Notes: generated from the sequence alone by a model not told the origin. A DNA stretch of 64,000 bases from an uncultured Gammaproteobacteria bacterium (GCA_964415615.1 CAYQAW010000002.1:1897-65896), one strand, 5' to 3'. Counted from the stretch's first letter, positions 48,485-60,770 are shown. Program-made: numbers and translations.

Positions 48485-49288
48485 ATGAACAACAGTCCAA
48501 TTGGTATATTTGATTCTGGCATTGGCGGTTTAACAGTTACAAAAGAAATTGTTAATAAATTGCCTAATGAAAGTATTATCTATATTGGGGATACAGCCAG
48601 AGTTCCTTATGGAACAAGATCAAAAGAAATAATAACTAAATTTGCCAAACAGTTAACAAAATTTTTATTAAAAAGAAAAGTAAAATTTTTAGTAATAGCT
48701 TGTAATACCATCTCCTCAGTTGCTTTAGATGAAATTAAAAAAATTTCTCCTGTCCCTGTAATTGGAGTAATTATTCCTGCTGCAAAAAAAGCTACTACAG
48801 TAACAAAAAATAAAAAAATTGGGGTAATTGGAACACAGGGAACAATTAGCAGTAACGCTTATGAAGAGGAAATAAAAAAGATAGATCCTAGTATTAAAAT
48901 AGTTTCTAATGCTTGTCCCCTTTTTGTGCCTTTGGCTGAAGAAGGTTTAGGAGATCATCCAGCTGCTAAACTTTTGGCAAAAGACTATTTAGAAGAAATT
49001 GTGTCTACTGGAGTGGATACATTAATTTTAGGATGTACCCACTATCCCCTACTTTTAGAAACTATTTCAAATATAGTTGGACCAAAAGTAAATATTATTG
49101 ATTCAGCAATTCCAACAGCTCAACAATTACAAATTAATTTAGAAACAAATAACTTACTTTCAGATAAAAAGAAATCCACATTAGAATTTTATGTGACTGA
49201 TGTTCCAGATAGAGTTTATCACGTTGCAGGAAGATTTCTTGGCAAAAAACTTAAGAGACTAAAAAAAGTAAAATTAGGATCTGATTAG
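48485..49288 (+). CDS. murI: Glutamate racemase
   Basis: FDSGIGG, PYG, ACNT, LGCTHY. Confidence 0.96.
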   Translation: MNNSPIGIFDSGIGGLTVTKEIVNKLPNESIIYIGDTARVPYGTRSKEIITKFAKQLTKFLLKRKVKFLVIACNTISSVALDEIKKISPVPVIGVIIPAAKKATTVTKNKKIGVIGTQGTISSNAYEEEIKKIDPSIKIVSNACPLFVPLAEEGLGDHPAAKLLAKDYLEEIVSTGVDTLILGCTHYPLLLETISNIVGPKVNIIDSAIPTAQQLQINLETNNLLSDKKKSTLEFYVTDVPDRVYHVAGRFLGKKLKRLKKVKLGSD

Positions 49289-50560
49289 TTTTTTAGCTAA
49301 TATATCTGTATCTCCAGCGCTCATAAAGAATACAGTATCTCCAGATTTTATATCGGGTTTTAATTTATCTAAAGTTTCTGAAGCAGAACCAATGTATGAA
49401 ACATTAGGTTTGTTGATTGTTTCAACTAGCTGTTTACTGGTAACTAGCCCTGTGTCTATTTCTCTTGAAGGGTAGATATCCATAATAAAAGTTTTATCTG
49501 CTGATACATTTTTTAAAACATCTACAAAATTATCAAATAAAGCCTTTGTTCGGGAGAACATGTGAGGCTGAAAAATTAATAATATTCTATTTTCTGGGAA
49601 TTTTTGTCTGGCAGCTTCTATTGTGACTTTAATTTCTGTTGGATGATGACCAAAGTCAGAATAGACTTGAGCGTTATTATAATTTCCAATATATTCAAAC
49701 CTCCTGCTTGCTCCTGTAAAATTTCCTAAACTTTGTTTTATTACATCTCCCTCAATTCCTAAAATTAAACCTACTTGCATTGCAGCTTTAGCATTTAATC
49801 TATTAAACTCCCCTGGAATTTTTAGTTCTATACTTAAGTCATTTTTTGAATAGTCTAGGTATGTAGCGCCAGAGTGTTTCATAGTATTTTTGGTAACTTC
49901 AGCAATACCTGGGTCAGTTAAATTAACAACAGCTGTTTGTTTAGTTTGCAGTAAAAATTTATAAAAGCTATTTTTAACTGCTTCGTAATCTTTAAAATAT
50001 TCTGGATGATCCATCTCTATATTGGTTACAACAGCAATATTAGGTTTAAGGCTTAAAAAATTATCATTAAATTCATCTGCTTCTATCACAAAATATTTAC
50101 TTTTTCCTATTCTAAAATTAGCTTTCCATCTGGGAATATTTGCTCCCAGTAAAGCAGTGGGGTCAGCTCCTGCATCTTCTAATAATTGGGCAATCATAGC
50201 TGTTGTAGTACTTTTTCCATGAGTGCCTGCTGTAGCAATAACAAATTTTTCTTTTACTAAATACTTTCCTAAAAACTGTTGCCAGGTTAAAATAGGAGCA
50301 CCTCTTTTTCTAGCTTCTAAGAGTTCTGGATTATTTGGATCAAGAGAGAAAATAGCAGGGGTCACAGCCAAGACATCCACGTTCCCACTTGTCAAGTGGG
50401 AAGCTGAATGTCCTTTCAAAAGTTGATTGGGTTTGAATTGGGTTGTAAATTCATTGTGGGGATTTAGGTCGCAGCCTGAAACTTCAAATCCTTGGGCTTG
50501 AGCAATGGCAGCAGCACCAGATGCTCCAGACCCCCCAATTCCCAAAAAATGTACTCTCAT
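49274..50560 (-). CDS. murC: UDP-N-acetylmuramate--L-alanine ligase
   Basis: GIGGSG, GTHGKSTT, EADE, HHPTE, FQPH. Confidence 0.95.
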   Translation of the reverse strand: MRVHFLGIGGSGASGAAAIAQAQGFEVSGCDLNPHNEFTTQFKPNQLLKGHSASHLTSGNVDVLAVTPAIFSLDPNNPELLEARKRGAPILTWQQFLGKYLVKEKFVIATAGTHGKSTTTAMIAQLLEDAGADPTALLGANIPRWKANFRIGKSKYFVIEADEFNDNFLSLKPNIAVVTNIEMDHPEYFKDYEAVKNSFYKFLLQTKQTAVVNLTDPGIAEVTKNTMKHSGATYLDYSKNDLSIELKIPGEFNRLNAKAAMQVGLILGIEGDVIKQSLGNFTGASRRFEYIGNYNNAQVYSDFGHHPTEIKVTIEAARQKFPENRILLIFQPHMFSRTKALFDNFVDVLKNVSADKTFIMDIYPSREIDTGLVTSKQLVETINKPNVSYIGSASETLDKLKPDIKSGDTVFFMSAGDTDILAKKLIRS

Positions 50561-50567
50561 AAAGAGA

Positions 50568-52511
<1,944 letters not shown>

Positions 52512-52519
52512 CTATCTTA

Positions 52520-53149
52520 TCATTTCTTAACAGGCATTACCAGCATTAAATATTCTAAAATGGCCCTCATATTTACATTTTGTTTTGCCCATTGCTCTGC
52601 CTGCAGAAGCTTACTAAGAAAATCCGCATTAGCTGGTAATTTTTTATGAAAAAAACTAGTTAAGGAATATAAAAAATCTTCTCTATCTTTTAATTTTTCT
52701 ACATATTCAAATCTTTGTTCAATTGTGGCCTCTAATAACTTTTTTATGTCTTCTTCATGACTTTTCACTTTTAACTTTTCACTTTTAACTTTAATAATCT
52801 GGCATCTTGATAAAATAGTTGGTAGAAGTCTGGTGTCTGAATTGCTGCACATAATAAAAACAGCTTCTCTTGGTAGTTCCTCTAGGGTTTTTAGAAGGGC
52901 ATTTTGAGCTTCCGGGGTTAAATTCCCTGCTTCCTCTATAATTACTATCCTGCCTTTTGCAGAATAGGGTTTTAAGGAAAAATGGTCTATTATTTTCCTG
53001 GCTTCTGCAATTCCTAGTTTACTGTCTTGTTCGAAGTATAAAACATCAGGATGGTTTACATTCCCACTTCCGATGTGGGAAGCTAATAACTTTTTTGTCT
53101 CCTCTACCCTCTTGTTAATATTTGTAGAAATATAGAGCCTTGCAATCAC
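52520..53149 (-). CDS. holB: DNA polymerase III delta' subunit (short form)
   Basis: HPD, AQNALLKTLEE, LLPTILSRC. Confidence 0.85.
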   Translation of the reverse strand: MIARLYISTNINKRVEETKKLLASHIGSGNVNHPDVLYFEQDSKLGIAEARKIIDHFSLKPYSAKGRIVIIEEAGNLTPEAQNALLKTLEELPREAVFIMCSNSDTRLLPTILSRCQIIKVKSEKLKVKSHEEDIKKLLEATIEQRFEYVEKLKDREDFLYSLTSFFHKKLPANADFLSKLLQAEQWAKQNVNMRAILEYLMLVMPVKK

Positions 53150-53174
53150 AGCGCAATTTTAACATAATGAGTAT

Positions 53175-54866
53175 ATGCCCACTTCAAATAGCACTCTTGA
53201 AGAAATTCTTTTCAATCAAGGCCTGATTACTTCTGATCAGCTTTCAGCAATAAAACTGGAAAGTATTAATTCTGGTCAACCTATTGAGAAAATCATTATT
53301 GCTCATAATTTAGTCCCAAGCGAAAAAATGATCCAAGCTAAAGCTCAGATTATTAATGTACCATTTATTAAACTTGAAGACAAAGCAATTGCAGCAGATG
53401 TACTAAATTTAATTCCAGAACCAGCGGCCCGCCGTTATCATATAATTCCATTTGATGAAAAAGAAGGAGAACTTTGGGTGGCAATGGCAGATCCTTTGGA
53501 TTTTCAGATTATCCAGTTTGTTGAAAAAAGGGCAGGACTTAGGGTTAAACCATTTCTGGCCCCAGGGCAAGATATTTTAAAAGCAATTTCTGATCAATAT
53601 TCTCAAAATTTAACCACGGATGTAACTTCAGCACTAAAAGAAGTTGAATCTGTTAAGCCTGAAGAAGAGGCGCAGGCTGGTCCAGAAATTTTACGCGAGG
53701 CGCCTGTTTCCAACATCATAAACCAGCTTTTAGAATATGCCATCAAATCCAGGGCGTCTGATATTCATATTGAGCCCCAGGATGATAGGACACGTGTTAG
53801 ATATAGAATTGATGGAATTTTACAGGAAAAAGTATTGCTTCCAAAAGGTGTGCATGATGCGCTTGTATCCAGAATTAAAATTCTCTCTGTTTTAAAGATT
53901 GATGAAAAACGTCTGCCTCAGGATGGCAGGTTCAGCTTTACCTACGGGCAAAATACTGTAGATATTAGGGTTTCGACAGTGCCTACTGTTTTTGGAGAAA
54001 AAGTGGTTTTAAGATTGTTGCCTAAATCATCAGGCGCGCCGTCACTGCTGGAATTGGGTTTAAGAGGGACTTCCCTTAAAAGTTTGGAAAGCCAGCTTTT
54101 GCGACCTCATGGAATTATTTTAATATGCGGTCCAACAGGTAGTGGTAAAACTACTACCCTGTACTCAGTTTTAAGTAAAATTTCCACCACAAAAGTTAAT
54201 ATTGTTACCATTGAAGATCCTGTGGAATATCAAATCTCAGGAGTTAATCAGGTTCAGGCTAATACTCAAATCGGTTTGACTTTTGCATCGGCTCTCCGGA
54301 GTTTTTTAAGGCAGGATCCGAATATTATTATGGTAGGTGAAATCAGAGATTCTGAGACTGCTGATTTAGCAATCCAGGCAGCTTTGACTGGGCACCAGGT
54401 TTTTTCTACGGTTCATACAAATTCAGCTGCCGGTGCTCCGCCCAGACTTTTGGATATGGGTGTTGAGCCATTCCTGTTAACTTCTGCTTTAAATGTGGTG
54501 GTTGGACAACGTGTTGTGCGTAAAATTTGTTCTTCCTGCAAAATAGAATTAGGTGTGCCACCTGAAGTGGTAGAGAATATTAAACTTGTTTTAGGCAAAT
54601 TTTTACCTGCATCTTCTTTGAAACTATTTAAAGGAAAAGGCTGCCAGAAATGCGCTGAGACAGGTTATTTAGGAAGGGTTGGTATTTTTGAAGTACTTGT
54701 TATTTCTGAAAAAATAGCTAAGTTAATTCTAGAGCATGCATCTTCCGGCAAGATTGAAGAAGAAGCTGTTTCAGAGGGAATGATTACCATGAAGCAGGAT
54801 GGATATTTAAAGGTTTTAGAAGGTGTGACTACGATGGAAGAAGTGCTGAGAGTAGCGCAGGATTAA
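53175..54866 (+). CDS. pilB: Type IV pilus assembly ATPase
   Basis: ASDIHIEP, GPTGSGKTT, EDPVEY, LRQDP, TGH. Confidence 0.95.
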   Translation: MPTSNSTLEEILFNQGLITSDQLSAIKLESINSGQPIEKIIIAHNLVPSEKMIQAKAQIINVPFIKLEDKAIAADVLNLIPEPAARRYHIIPFDEKEGELWVAMADPLDFQIIQFVEKRAGLRVKPFLAPGQDILKAISDQYSQNLTTDVTSALKEVESVKPEEEAQAGPEILREAPVSNIINQLLEYAIKSRASDIHIEPQDDRTRVRYRIDGILQEKVLLPKGVHDALVSRIKILSVLKIDEKRLPQDGRFSFTYGQNTVDIRVSTVPTVFGEKVVLRLLPKSSGAPSLLELGLRGTSLKSLESQLLRPHGIILICGPTGSGKTTTLYSVLSKISTTKVNIVTIEDPVEYQISGVNQVQANTQIGLTFASALRSFLRQDPNIIMVGEIRDSETADLAIQAALTGHQVFSTVHTNSAAGAPPRLLDMGVEPFLLTSALNVVVGQRVVRKICSSCKIELGVPPEVVENIKLVLGKFLPASSLKLFKGKGCQKCAETGYLGRVGIFEVLVISEKIAKLILEHASSGKIEEEAVSEGMITMKQDGYLKVLEGVTTMEEVLRVAQD

Positions 54867-54870
54867 TATT

Positions 54871-55923
54871 ATGAATATTACTCAACTTTTAGATTTGACT
54901 GTACAAAAAAATGCTTCAGATTTACATCTGGTTGTAGGGTTTTCTCCTACCATCCGCATCCATGGAGATTTAATACCGGTAACTGGAGAAGAGATTTTAA
55001 CTGAACAACAAATAGAAGCAGTTATTAAAGAGATTACCAATGCTTACCAATTAAACAAATTTAATACTACCTGGGAGTTGGATTTTTCTTTTGATTTTTT
55101 GGGTAAAGCCAGGTTTAGAGGAAATCTATATAAACAAAAAGGTACACCAGCAGCAGATTTTAGGTTAATTCCAAACAAGATTCCTTTGCTGGATGATCTG
55201 GGATTACCACCTGTTTTAAAAAGACTGACAACTTTGCGCCAGGGTTTTATTTTAATTACTGGGCCTACAGGTCATGGTAAGTCTACTACCTTGGCTTCGT
55301 TGATTAACGGGATCAATATTAACCGCGCGGTGAATATTTTAACTATTGAAGATCCTATTGAATATGGTTATCCAAAAGGTAAATCATTAATTTCTCAACG
55401 TGAGCTGGAAAATGACACCCATTCCTGGTCAGCTTCTATGCGGGCTGCGTTGCGTGAAGATCCGGATGTGGTTTTAGTGGGAGAGATGAGAGATTTAGAG
55501 ACCATTTCTTCCGCTATTACAATTGCGGAAACTGGACATTTAGTTTTTGCCACATTGCATACTAATTCTGCAGCGCAAAGTATTGATAGAATTATTGATG
55601 TGTTTCCCCAAAGTCAGCAGCCTCAGATTCGATTGCAACTGGCTGCAACTCTGGAAGCTGTTATATCTCAACGGCTGGTGCCAACTATGATTCCAGGCAG
55701 AATAGCTGTTGCTGAAATATTATTGGTAACGCCAGCAGTGAGGAATATCATCAGAGAGGCTAAAACATATTTAATAGATAATACAATTGAGACATCCAGC
55801 GAATTAGGTATGCAGATTTTTGAAAAATCTTTGGCAGATGCTGTAAAGGCAGGAAAAATTTCTCAGGATATAGCACTAAAGTTTGCTTTAAGACCAGAGT
55901 TGCTAAGTAAACTACTAAGGTAA
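54871..55923 (+). CDS. pilT: Type IV pilus retraction ATPase
   Basis: ASDLHL, GPTGHGKST, LREDPD, AVRNIIRE. Confidence 0.95.
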   Translation: MNITQLLDLTVQKNASDLHLVVGFSPTIRIHGDLIPVTGEEILTEQQIEAVIKEITNAYQLNKFNTTWELDFSFDFLGKARFRGNLYKQKGTPAADFRLIPNKIPLLDDLGLPPVLKRLTTLRQGFILITGPTGHGKSTTLASLINGININRAVNILTIEDPIEYGYPKGKSLISQRELENDTHSWSASMRAALREDPDVVLVGEMRDLETISSAITIAETGHLVFATLHTNSAAQSIDRIIDVFPQSQQPQIRLQLAATLEAVISQRLVPTMIPGRIAVAEILLVTPAVRNIIREAKTYLIDNTIETSSELGMQIFEKSLADAVKAGKISQDIALKFALRPELLSKLLR

Positions 55924-57125
55924 TGGCTGAATTCCTATACAAGGCTAAGGATTTGCAAGGAAATGATCATAATGGCAGCGTGGAGTCTCCTGATGCTCAT
56001 TCTGCAGTGGCGGTGATACGTAAAAAAAACCTGATTGTGATTTCTTTGACTCCTAAAAATTCCGGGACAAACAATTTTTTGGATAGGTTTTTAAATAAGG
56101 TCAGCTTTTCGGATTTAGTTATTATCACGAGACAGCTGGCAACAATGATTTCAAGTGGTCTGGTTTTGTCAGAAGCCATAGATATTTTGGAAGAGCAACA
56201 AACAAATAAGATCCTAAAAAATGCTTTAGCAGATATTTCCCAGGATGTTAAAGGAGGACTGACTTTAGCGCAGGCCTTGGGTCAGTACCCGCACATTTTC
56301 CCGCATCTTTATGTAAATTTGGTTAAAAGTGGTGAAACTTCAGGTAAGCTCGACAATGTGCTTTTGCAAATGGCTGATGGATTGGAAAAAGATAGGGAAT
56401 TTCAGTCAAAAATTAGAGGCGCAATGATTTACCCTGTCTTGGTTTTATCGATGATGGTTGTTGTCATGATAATAATGATGGTTTTTGTTATCCCCAAGCT
56501 GGTAAATTTATATACCCAATCAACCATAGAACTGCCATTGCCAACAAAAATATTGATCGGCACATCTACCCTGTTTACAAATTACTGGTGGGTTTTAGTA
56601 ATTATTACAGTAGGAGCTATTGTTGGGATAAACCGCTGGAAAAAAACACCTGAAGGTAATCTCTTTTTGGGTAAATTGATTTTAAGAATTCCCATTGTCG
56701 GAAAAATTGTAACTAATGTAACCTTAACTAATTTTAACCGTACTTTTGGGCTTTTAACATCTGCAGGTATCCCTTTACTTGAGTCAATTGGTATTGTTTC
56801 TGATCTGACAGATAATCCTGTTTTTAAAATCGCGCTTAAAGACGCTTACAATGGAGTTGAAAAGGGTTTGCCATTTTCATCACTTCTTTCTGCAACAGTT
56901 TTTCCTAAAATTGTCAGCCAGATGATTAAAGTAGGTGAGGAAACAGGCAAGGTAGATGAAATATTTTTAAAGCTGGCTGATTTTTTTGAATCAGAATCTG
57001 ATCACCTGGTAAAAAATTTGACAGTGGCAATTGAACCAATAGTATTGGTTATTTTAGGAATAGGAGTTGCTTTCTTAGTAATCTCTATAATTTTACCTAT
57101 ATACAAGTTGACAACTAGTTTTTAA
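55923..57125 (+). CDS. pilC: Type IV pilus platform protein
   Basis: RQLATMI, GETSG, AMIYP, GEETG, IEP. Confidence 0.95.
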   Translation: MAEFLYKAKDLQGNDHNGSVESPDAHSAVAVIRKKNLIVISLTPKNSGTNNFLDRFLNKVSFSDLVIITRQLATMISSGLVLSEAIDILEEQQTNKILKNALADISQDVKGGLTLAQALGQYPHIFPHLYVNLVKSGETSGKLDNVLLQMADGLEKDREFQSKIRGAMIYPVLVLSMMVVVMIIMMVFVIPKLVNLYTQSTIELPLPTKILIGTSTLFTNYWWVLVIITVGAIVGINRWKKTPEGNLFLGKLILRIPIVGKIVTNVTLTNFNRTFGLLTSAGIPLLESIGIVSDLTDNPVFKIALKDAYNGVEKGLPFSSLLSATVFPKIVSQMIKVGEETGKVDEIFLKLADFFESESDHLVKNLTVAIEPIVLVILGIGVAFLVISIILPIYKLTTSF

Positions 57126-57149
57126 TGTGTCTACAATAGTTCAAAGGGG

Positions 57150-57722
57150 GTGAGAAAATTGAAAAAATCTGCTCAATCCCGATTTAATCGGGATCAAGTT
57201 CATAAAGGTTTTACCTTAGTTGAACTTTTGGTTGTTATTGCAATTATTGCCATTTTGGCAGCAGTTGTAGTCCTGATAATTAATCCATTAGAACTCACCC
57301 GTAGAGGTAGGGATGCAGCAAGACTTAGTGATCTTGCAAATTTGCAGCAAGCTATTAATGTAGCTGTTCAAGAAGCAACTGCTTCTTCTGTTGCTATATT
57401 GTGTAATTCTGACAGCGCAACATCATGCAATGGTTCAAGTAATGTTGGTTCCCGTTCCTCAGATGGTACAGGCTGGGTGAAAGTTAATCTATCTGCTCAG
57501 AAGAGTGTTTCTGTGCCAACTTTACCTGTTGATCCACTCAATAATGCAGCAAATCACTATACTTATTGTTCAGATGGTGATGCCTGGGAAATTAATACTG
57601 CTTTGGAATCAACCCAGCAATCTGGCAAGATGTTAACAGATGGTGGAGAAGATGACGCTGTTTACGAGGTTGGTTCTAAGTTGAGTCTTATTAAATCGTC
57701 TGGGGGGACTTGTACATATTAA
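57150..57722 (+). CDS. Type IV pilin
   Basis: G|FTLVELLVVIAII prepilin motif. Confidence 0.9.
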   Translation: MRKLKKSAQSRFNRDQVHKGFTLVELLVVIAIIAILAAVVVLIINPLELTRRGRDAARLSDLANLQQAINVAVQEATASSVAILCNSDSATSCNGSSNVGSRSSDGTGWVKVNLSAQKSVSVPTLPVDPLNNAANHYTYCSDGDAWEINTALESTQQSGKMLTDGGEDDAVYEVGSKLSLIKSSGGTCTY

Positions 57723-57723
57723 A

Positions 57724-57794
57724 GTAGTCGTCAGTCGTCAGCTCTCAGCTGTCAGACTTATTATATAATTGTCTGAAGACTGATGGCTGATAGC
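57724..57794. repeat. Inverted heptamer tract, same family as 23356
   Basis: gtcgtcagtcgtcagctctcagctgtcagac...gtctgaagactgatggctgatagct. Confidence 0.75.
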
Positions 57795-57795
57795 T

Positions 57796-58704
57796 ATGAT
57801 AATAATAGGTTTTGTTTTTGGAATGGTTTTAGGGAGTTTTGCGAAAGCGCTAGCTGATAGAAGTTTAAGTAAAAAGTCTTTTTGGGGAAGGTCGTATTGT
57901 CTGGATTGTAAACACAAGCTGGCATGGTGCGACCTTTTTCCTATTTTCTCCTACATAATCCTTCAAGGTAAATGCAGGTATTGCAGAAAAAAAATTCCTC
58001 TGGAATACCCAATTGCTGAAATTATTCTGGGAATATTGGTGGGATTTCTCTTTTGGCAAAGCTTCAAAAATTTTCAATTTACAATTTTCAATTTTCATTC
58101 AATTTTCAATTTACAATTTTCAATTTTCATTTTTGAATTAGTATATAAAACTTTCTTTATATTAATCTTGGCTGTTTTATTTATAACTGATTTAAAAAAG
58201 ATGTTTATTCCAGACAGGATTATAATTCCTTCTATAATTATTGGAGTCATTGGGATTACAGCTGTTACCATATATAAGATAGGTCATCTTTATTATTATC
58301 TTTCTCAAAGTGCTGTAGGCAGATTATTACTCCCTCCCCATAGTGAATATTTTCAAAGGCATGCTTTGATTACTGCTCAGCCATTTTTGCTATCTATTTT
58401 AATGGGACTAGCAATTGGAGGTTTTTTCTTAAGTTTAATAATTATTACCAGAGGTAAAGGTATGGGAGGTGGAGATGTTAAGTTAGGAGCCTTTATAGGG
58501 CTGATGTTGGGCTTCCCTAATGCTTTAGCTGCTTTGGTGCTGTCATTTTTATCAGGAGCTGTATTTTCAGTAGGTCTGATACTCCTGGGTAAAAAGCATT
58601 TTGGTCAAACAATCCCCTTTGGTCCATTTTTGGTATTAGGAAGTTTAATTGTGCTTTATTGGGGCAATCAGATTATGGACTGGTATTTAAAACTTGGGTC
58701 TTGA
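57796..58704 (+). CDS. pilD: Prepilin peptidase
   Basis: RSYCLDC/KCRYC, GMGGGDVKL, IPFGPFL. Confidence 0.95.
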   Translation: MIIIGFVFGMVLGSFAKALADRSLSKKSFWGRSYCLDCKHKLAWCDLFPIFSYIILQGKCRYCRKKIPLEYPIAEIILGILVGFLFWQSFKNFQFTIFNFHSIFNLQFSIFIFELVYKTFFILILAVLFITDLKKMFIPDRIIIPSIIIGVIGITAVTIYKIGHLYYYLSQSAVGRLLLPPHSEYFQRHALITAQPFLLSILMGLAIGGFFLSLIIITRGKGMGGGDVKLGAFIGLMLGFPNALAALVLSFLSGAVFSVGLILLGKKHFGQTIPFGPFLVLGSLIVLYWGNQIMDWYLKLGS

Positions 58705-58709
58705 TCAAT
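58611..58709 (+). repeat. pilD 3'-end repeat, copy 1 (native)
   Basis: 99 bp re-occurring at 59560 and, diverged, at 60619. Confidence 0.9.
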
Positions 58710-58784
58710 CGTCTCAATATGATACGATTAAGGTATATGAGTGAGACGAATTTCTTAGTAATATTTTTTTGAGGTAACCTCCGA

Positions 58785-58803
58785 TTACACCCTTGGGGTG
58801 TAA
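58785..58803. repeat. REP TTACACCCTTGGGGTGTAA flanking RAYT-2
   Basis: Identical copy at 59501-59519; reverse complement at 42977-42995. Confidence 0.85.
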
Positions 58804-58810
58804 AGATGAG

Positions 58811-59458
58811 TTAACTATATTCCTCTACCAGTTGGTGTTTTATAATTTCCAGTTCTCTGCCATAATCTGCCCGATCAGCAACGAATTTCTGATAATCTTT
58901 TGGTAATTTGAACTGATTTAGAATAATTTCTTTAGCACAGATTTTTTGAGTACTTAGCCCAATATATTCCAGATAAGATGACCAGCGGTAATCTTCTAGG
59001 TCTTTTACTAAACCTGAAACTAAGGGATTTAGATGGATATATCTGCTAAGATGTAATAACTGCTCATTACTTTCCACCAATACTGATTTGAACTCTCCTT
59101 GCAGAAGAGGCCCAACTCTACCATGCTTAATGTTGAAATACTTAGTATAACTATTGCTTAATTTACTGATAAATTCAGTTATGCCACCATCAATTAATTG
59201 TTTAATCAGGAAATGGAAATGGTTTGGCATTAAACAAAAGCAGATAATCTCGACTATCTGCTTGCTTGTGTCTAATAGATTATTAGTTGGCGCAAACAGG
59301 GAAAATCTGGGTTTTGGCCCAAGTATTTTGTAATAAAGCATGGTTTTTAAAAATCTTTGATAGTGATATGAGTTTTTAAAGATATTCATTTTGTCCACAC
59401 CCCTGTTGAAAATATGGTAATACTCCCCATTAACTAATGGATGAATTCTTGAAGGCAT
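58811..59458 (-). mobile_element. REP-associated tyrosine transposase (RAYT) 2
   Basis: YHIFNRG, LMPNHFHFL, YIHLNP, WSSY. Confidence 0.88.
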
Positions 59459-59500
59459 ATATTTAGTAGATCACATCCTAGCTAGAATGTAAACCAACGA

Positions 59501-59548
59501 TTACACCCTTGGGGTGTAAGTATGGGGTGTAAGTATGGGGTGTAAGTA
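59501..59548. repeat. REP copy plus three tandem 13-bp units TGGGGTGTAAGTA
   Basis: Direct reading. Confidence 0.85.
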
Positions 59549-59559
59549 CAACTTAGTTA

Positions 59560-59757
59560 AATCCCCTTTGGTCCATTTTTGGTACTAGGAAGTTTAATTG
59601 TGCTTTATTTTTGAACCAGAATACCCCGTCAGTAGGCTTTGGGGATGGAAGGTTTAAAAAGAATTCACCCGAAGGGATACTCCGCAGTTTACTGCGGAGT
59701 AGTTCATTGGGGCAATCAGATTATGGACTGGTATTTAAAACTTGGGTCTTGATCAAT
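59560..59757 (+). repeat. pilD 3'-end repeat, copy 2, interrupted by a 99-bp miniature IS
   Basis: One mismatch to copy 1 once 59609-59707 is removed. Confidence 0.9.
59609..59707 (+). mobile_element. 99-bp non-autonomous IS200/IS605-type element
   Basis: Inserted after TTTAT, ends TTCAT, subterminal hairpins, no target duplication relative to copy 1. Confidence 0.85.
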
Positions 59758-60175
59758 TTTTGTCTAAATATTTCAAAATTTCAGCTCCAAATTGACAAAG
59801 ATCTTTTAAATCTTCCTTGTAATCTTTGAAAAGAAGCTTGAAATCAAAATCATCATAACCATGAACTACCCTGTTTCTAAAGTCTGCTGCCTGACCCATT
59901 TTTAATGATAATTCTTTATCGATGATTCCTTTCTCTCCCAAAAAAATAAAAGCATCTTTGGCTGTTTCTTTCCGGGGTGCGTTTGATGAAGCAATAATAT
60001 GGGTAGCAATATCAATAGAGGTTTCTACAGCTTGCTGGAGGCGGAAGACTATCAAGTCATGAATATCAACGTTTTCTATAAACTCACCAGCGGTAAAATC
60101 CATATTTTCTATCTTATGGATTTGTTCACTTAAAAAATCTAACTTTTTTGCCACTAAATCTTTACTAATTAACAT
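59753..60175 (-). CDS. hepT: HEPN (DUF86/HepT-like) toxin
   Basis: FRNRVVHGY RxxxxH motif. Confidence 0.88.
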   Translation of the reverse strand: MLISKDLVAKKLDFLSEQIHKIENMDFTAGEFIENVDIHDLIVFRLQQAVETSIDIATHIIASSNAPRKETAKDAFIFLGEKGIIDKELSLKMGQAADFRNRVVHGYDDFDFKLLFKDYKEDLKDLCQFGAEILKYLDKN

Positions 60176-60572
60176 AAGAGAATTTATCTTTTAAGTAAGA
60201 ATAATAGATTTTTCTGAGATGAGCAGTATCATAATAATTACCTAAAGTGAATGCCTCAAAAGCAATCTTTTCTTTTTCTGATCTTTGATAAATACATTGT
60301 CCTGTACTGACGATTTGAAACAGAAACAAAGGAGAAGAATTTTTATCAACTACGGATAAATCTAGATCCTTAGGAAAATTAATATCTGATATCAAAGTAT
60401 GAATATATTCATAGTCAATTTTGCTAGCATTATCTACAATTATGGCTAAATCAAAATCACTATCGGTTTTTGCTCTGCCACTAATGACTGATCCTAAGAC
60501 ATAAGCCAGTTTTATCTTAGGTTCTTTGGATAATGAGGTGTCTATTTGTGAGATCATTGTTGTGTCTAACAT
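60165..60572 (-). CDS. mntA: Minimal nucleotidyltransferase antitoxin
   Basis: YVLGSVISG...SDFDLAI; adjacent to the HEPN gene. Confidence 0.88.
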   Translation of the reverse strand: MLDTTMISQIDTSLSKEPKIKLAYVLGSVISGRAKTDSDFDLAIIVDNASKIDYEYIHTLISDINFPKDLDLSVVDKNSSPLFLFQIVSTGQCIYQRSEKEKIAFEAFTLGNYYDTAHLRKIYYSYLKDKFSYVN

Positions 60573-60618
60573 AAGATAAGTATAACATTTGCTTAGGTAG
60601 TTGATCAATCGATAATAA

Positions 60619-60717
60619 CAAACCATCCCCTTTGGCCCATAGCTAGTACTAGGTAGTTTAATAATGCTTTTCTGGGGAAATCAAATTATTGATTGGTATT
60701 TAAGACTTGGTCAATGA
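60619..60717 (+). pseudogene. pilD 3'-end repeat, copy 3 (diverged allele with in-frame stop)
   Basis: QTIPFGP*LVLGSLIMLFWGNQIIDWYLRLGQ*. Confidence 0.8.
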
Positions 60718-60770
60718 GTAGTTGACAAATAATAGAGAAAAAGTTGTATTATGGAATATAGATACTGCCT

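Noticed and set aside
59501-59548. Short repeats as a CRISPR array
   Set aside because: Tandem 13-mers with no spacers and no cas genes
59611-59829. 72-aa ORF
   Set aside because: Arises from the miniature IS plus the pilD repeat and overlaps hepT antisense
58611-60717. pilD-end repeats as a DGR template/variable repeat pair
   Set aside because: Differences are mostly synonymous and not adenine-specific, and no reverse transcriptase is in the window
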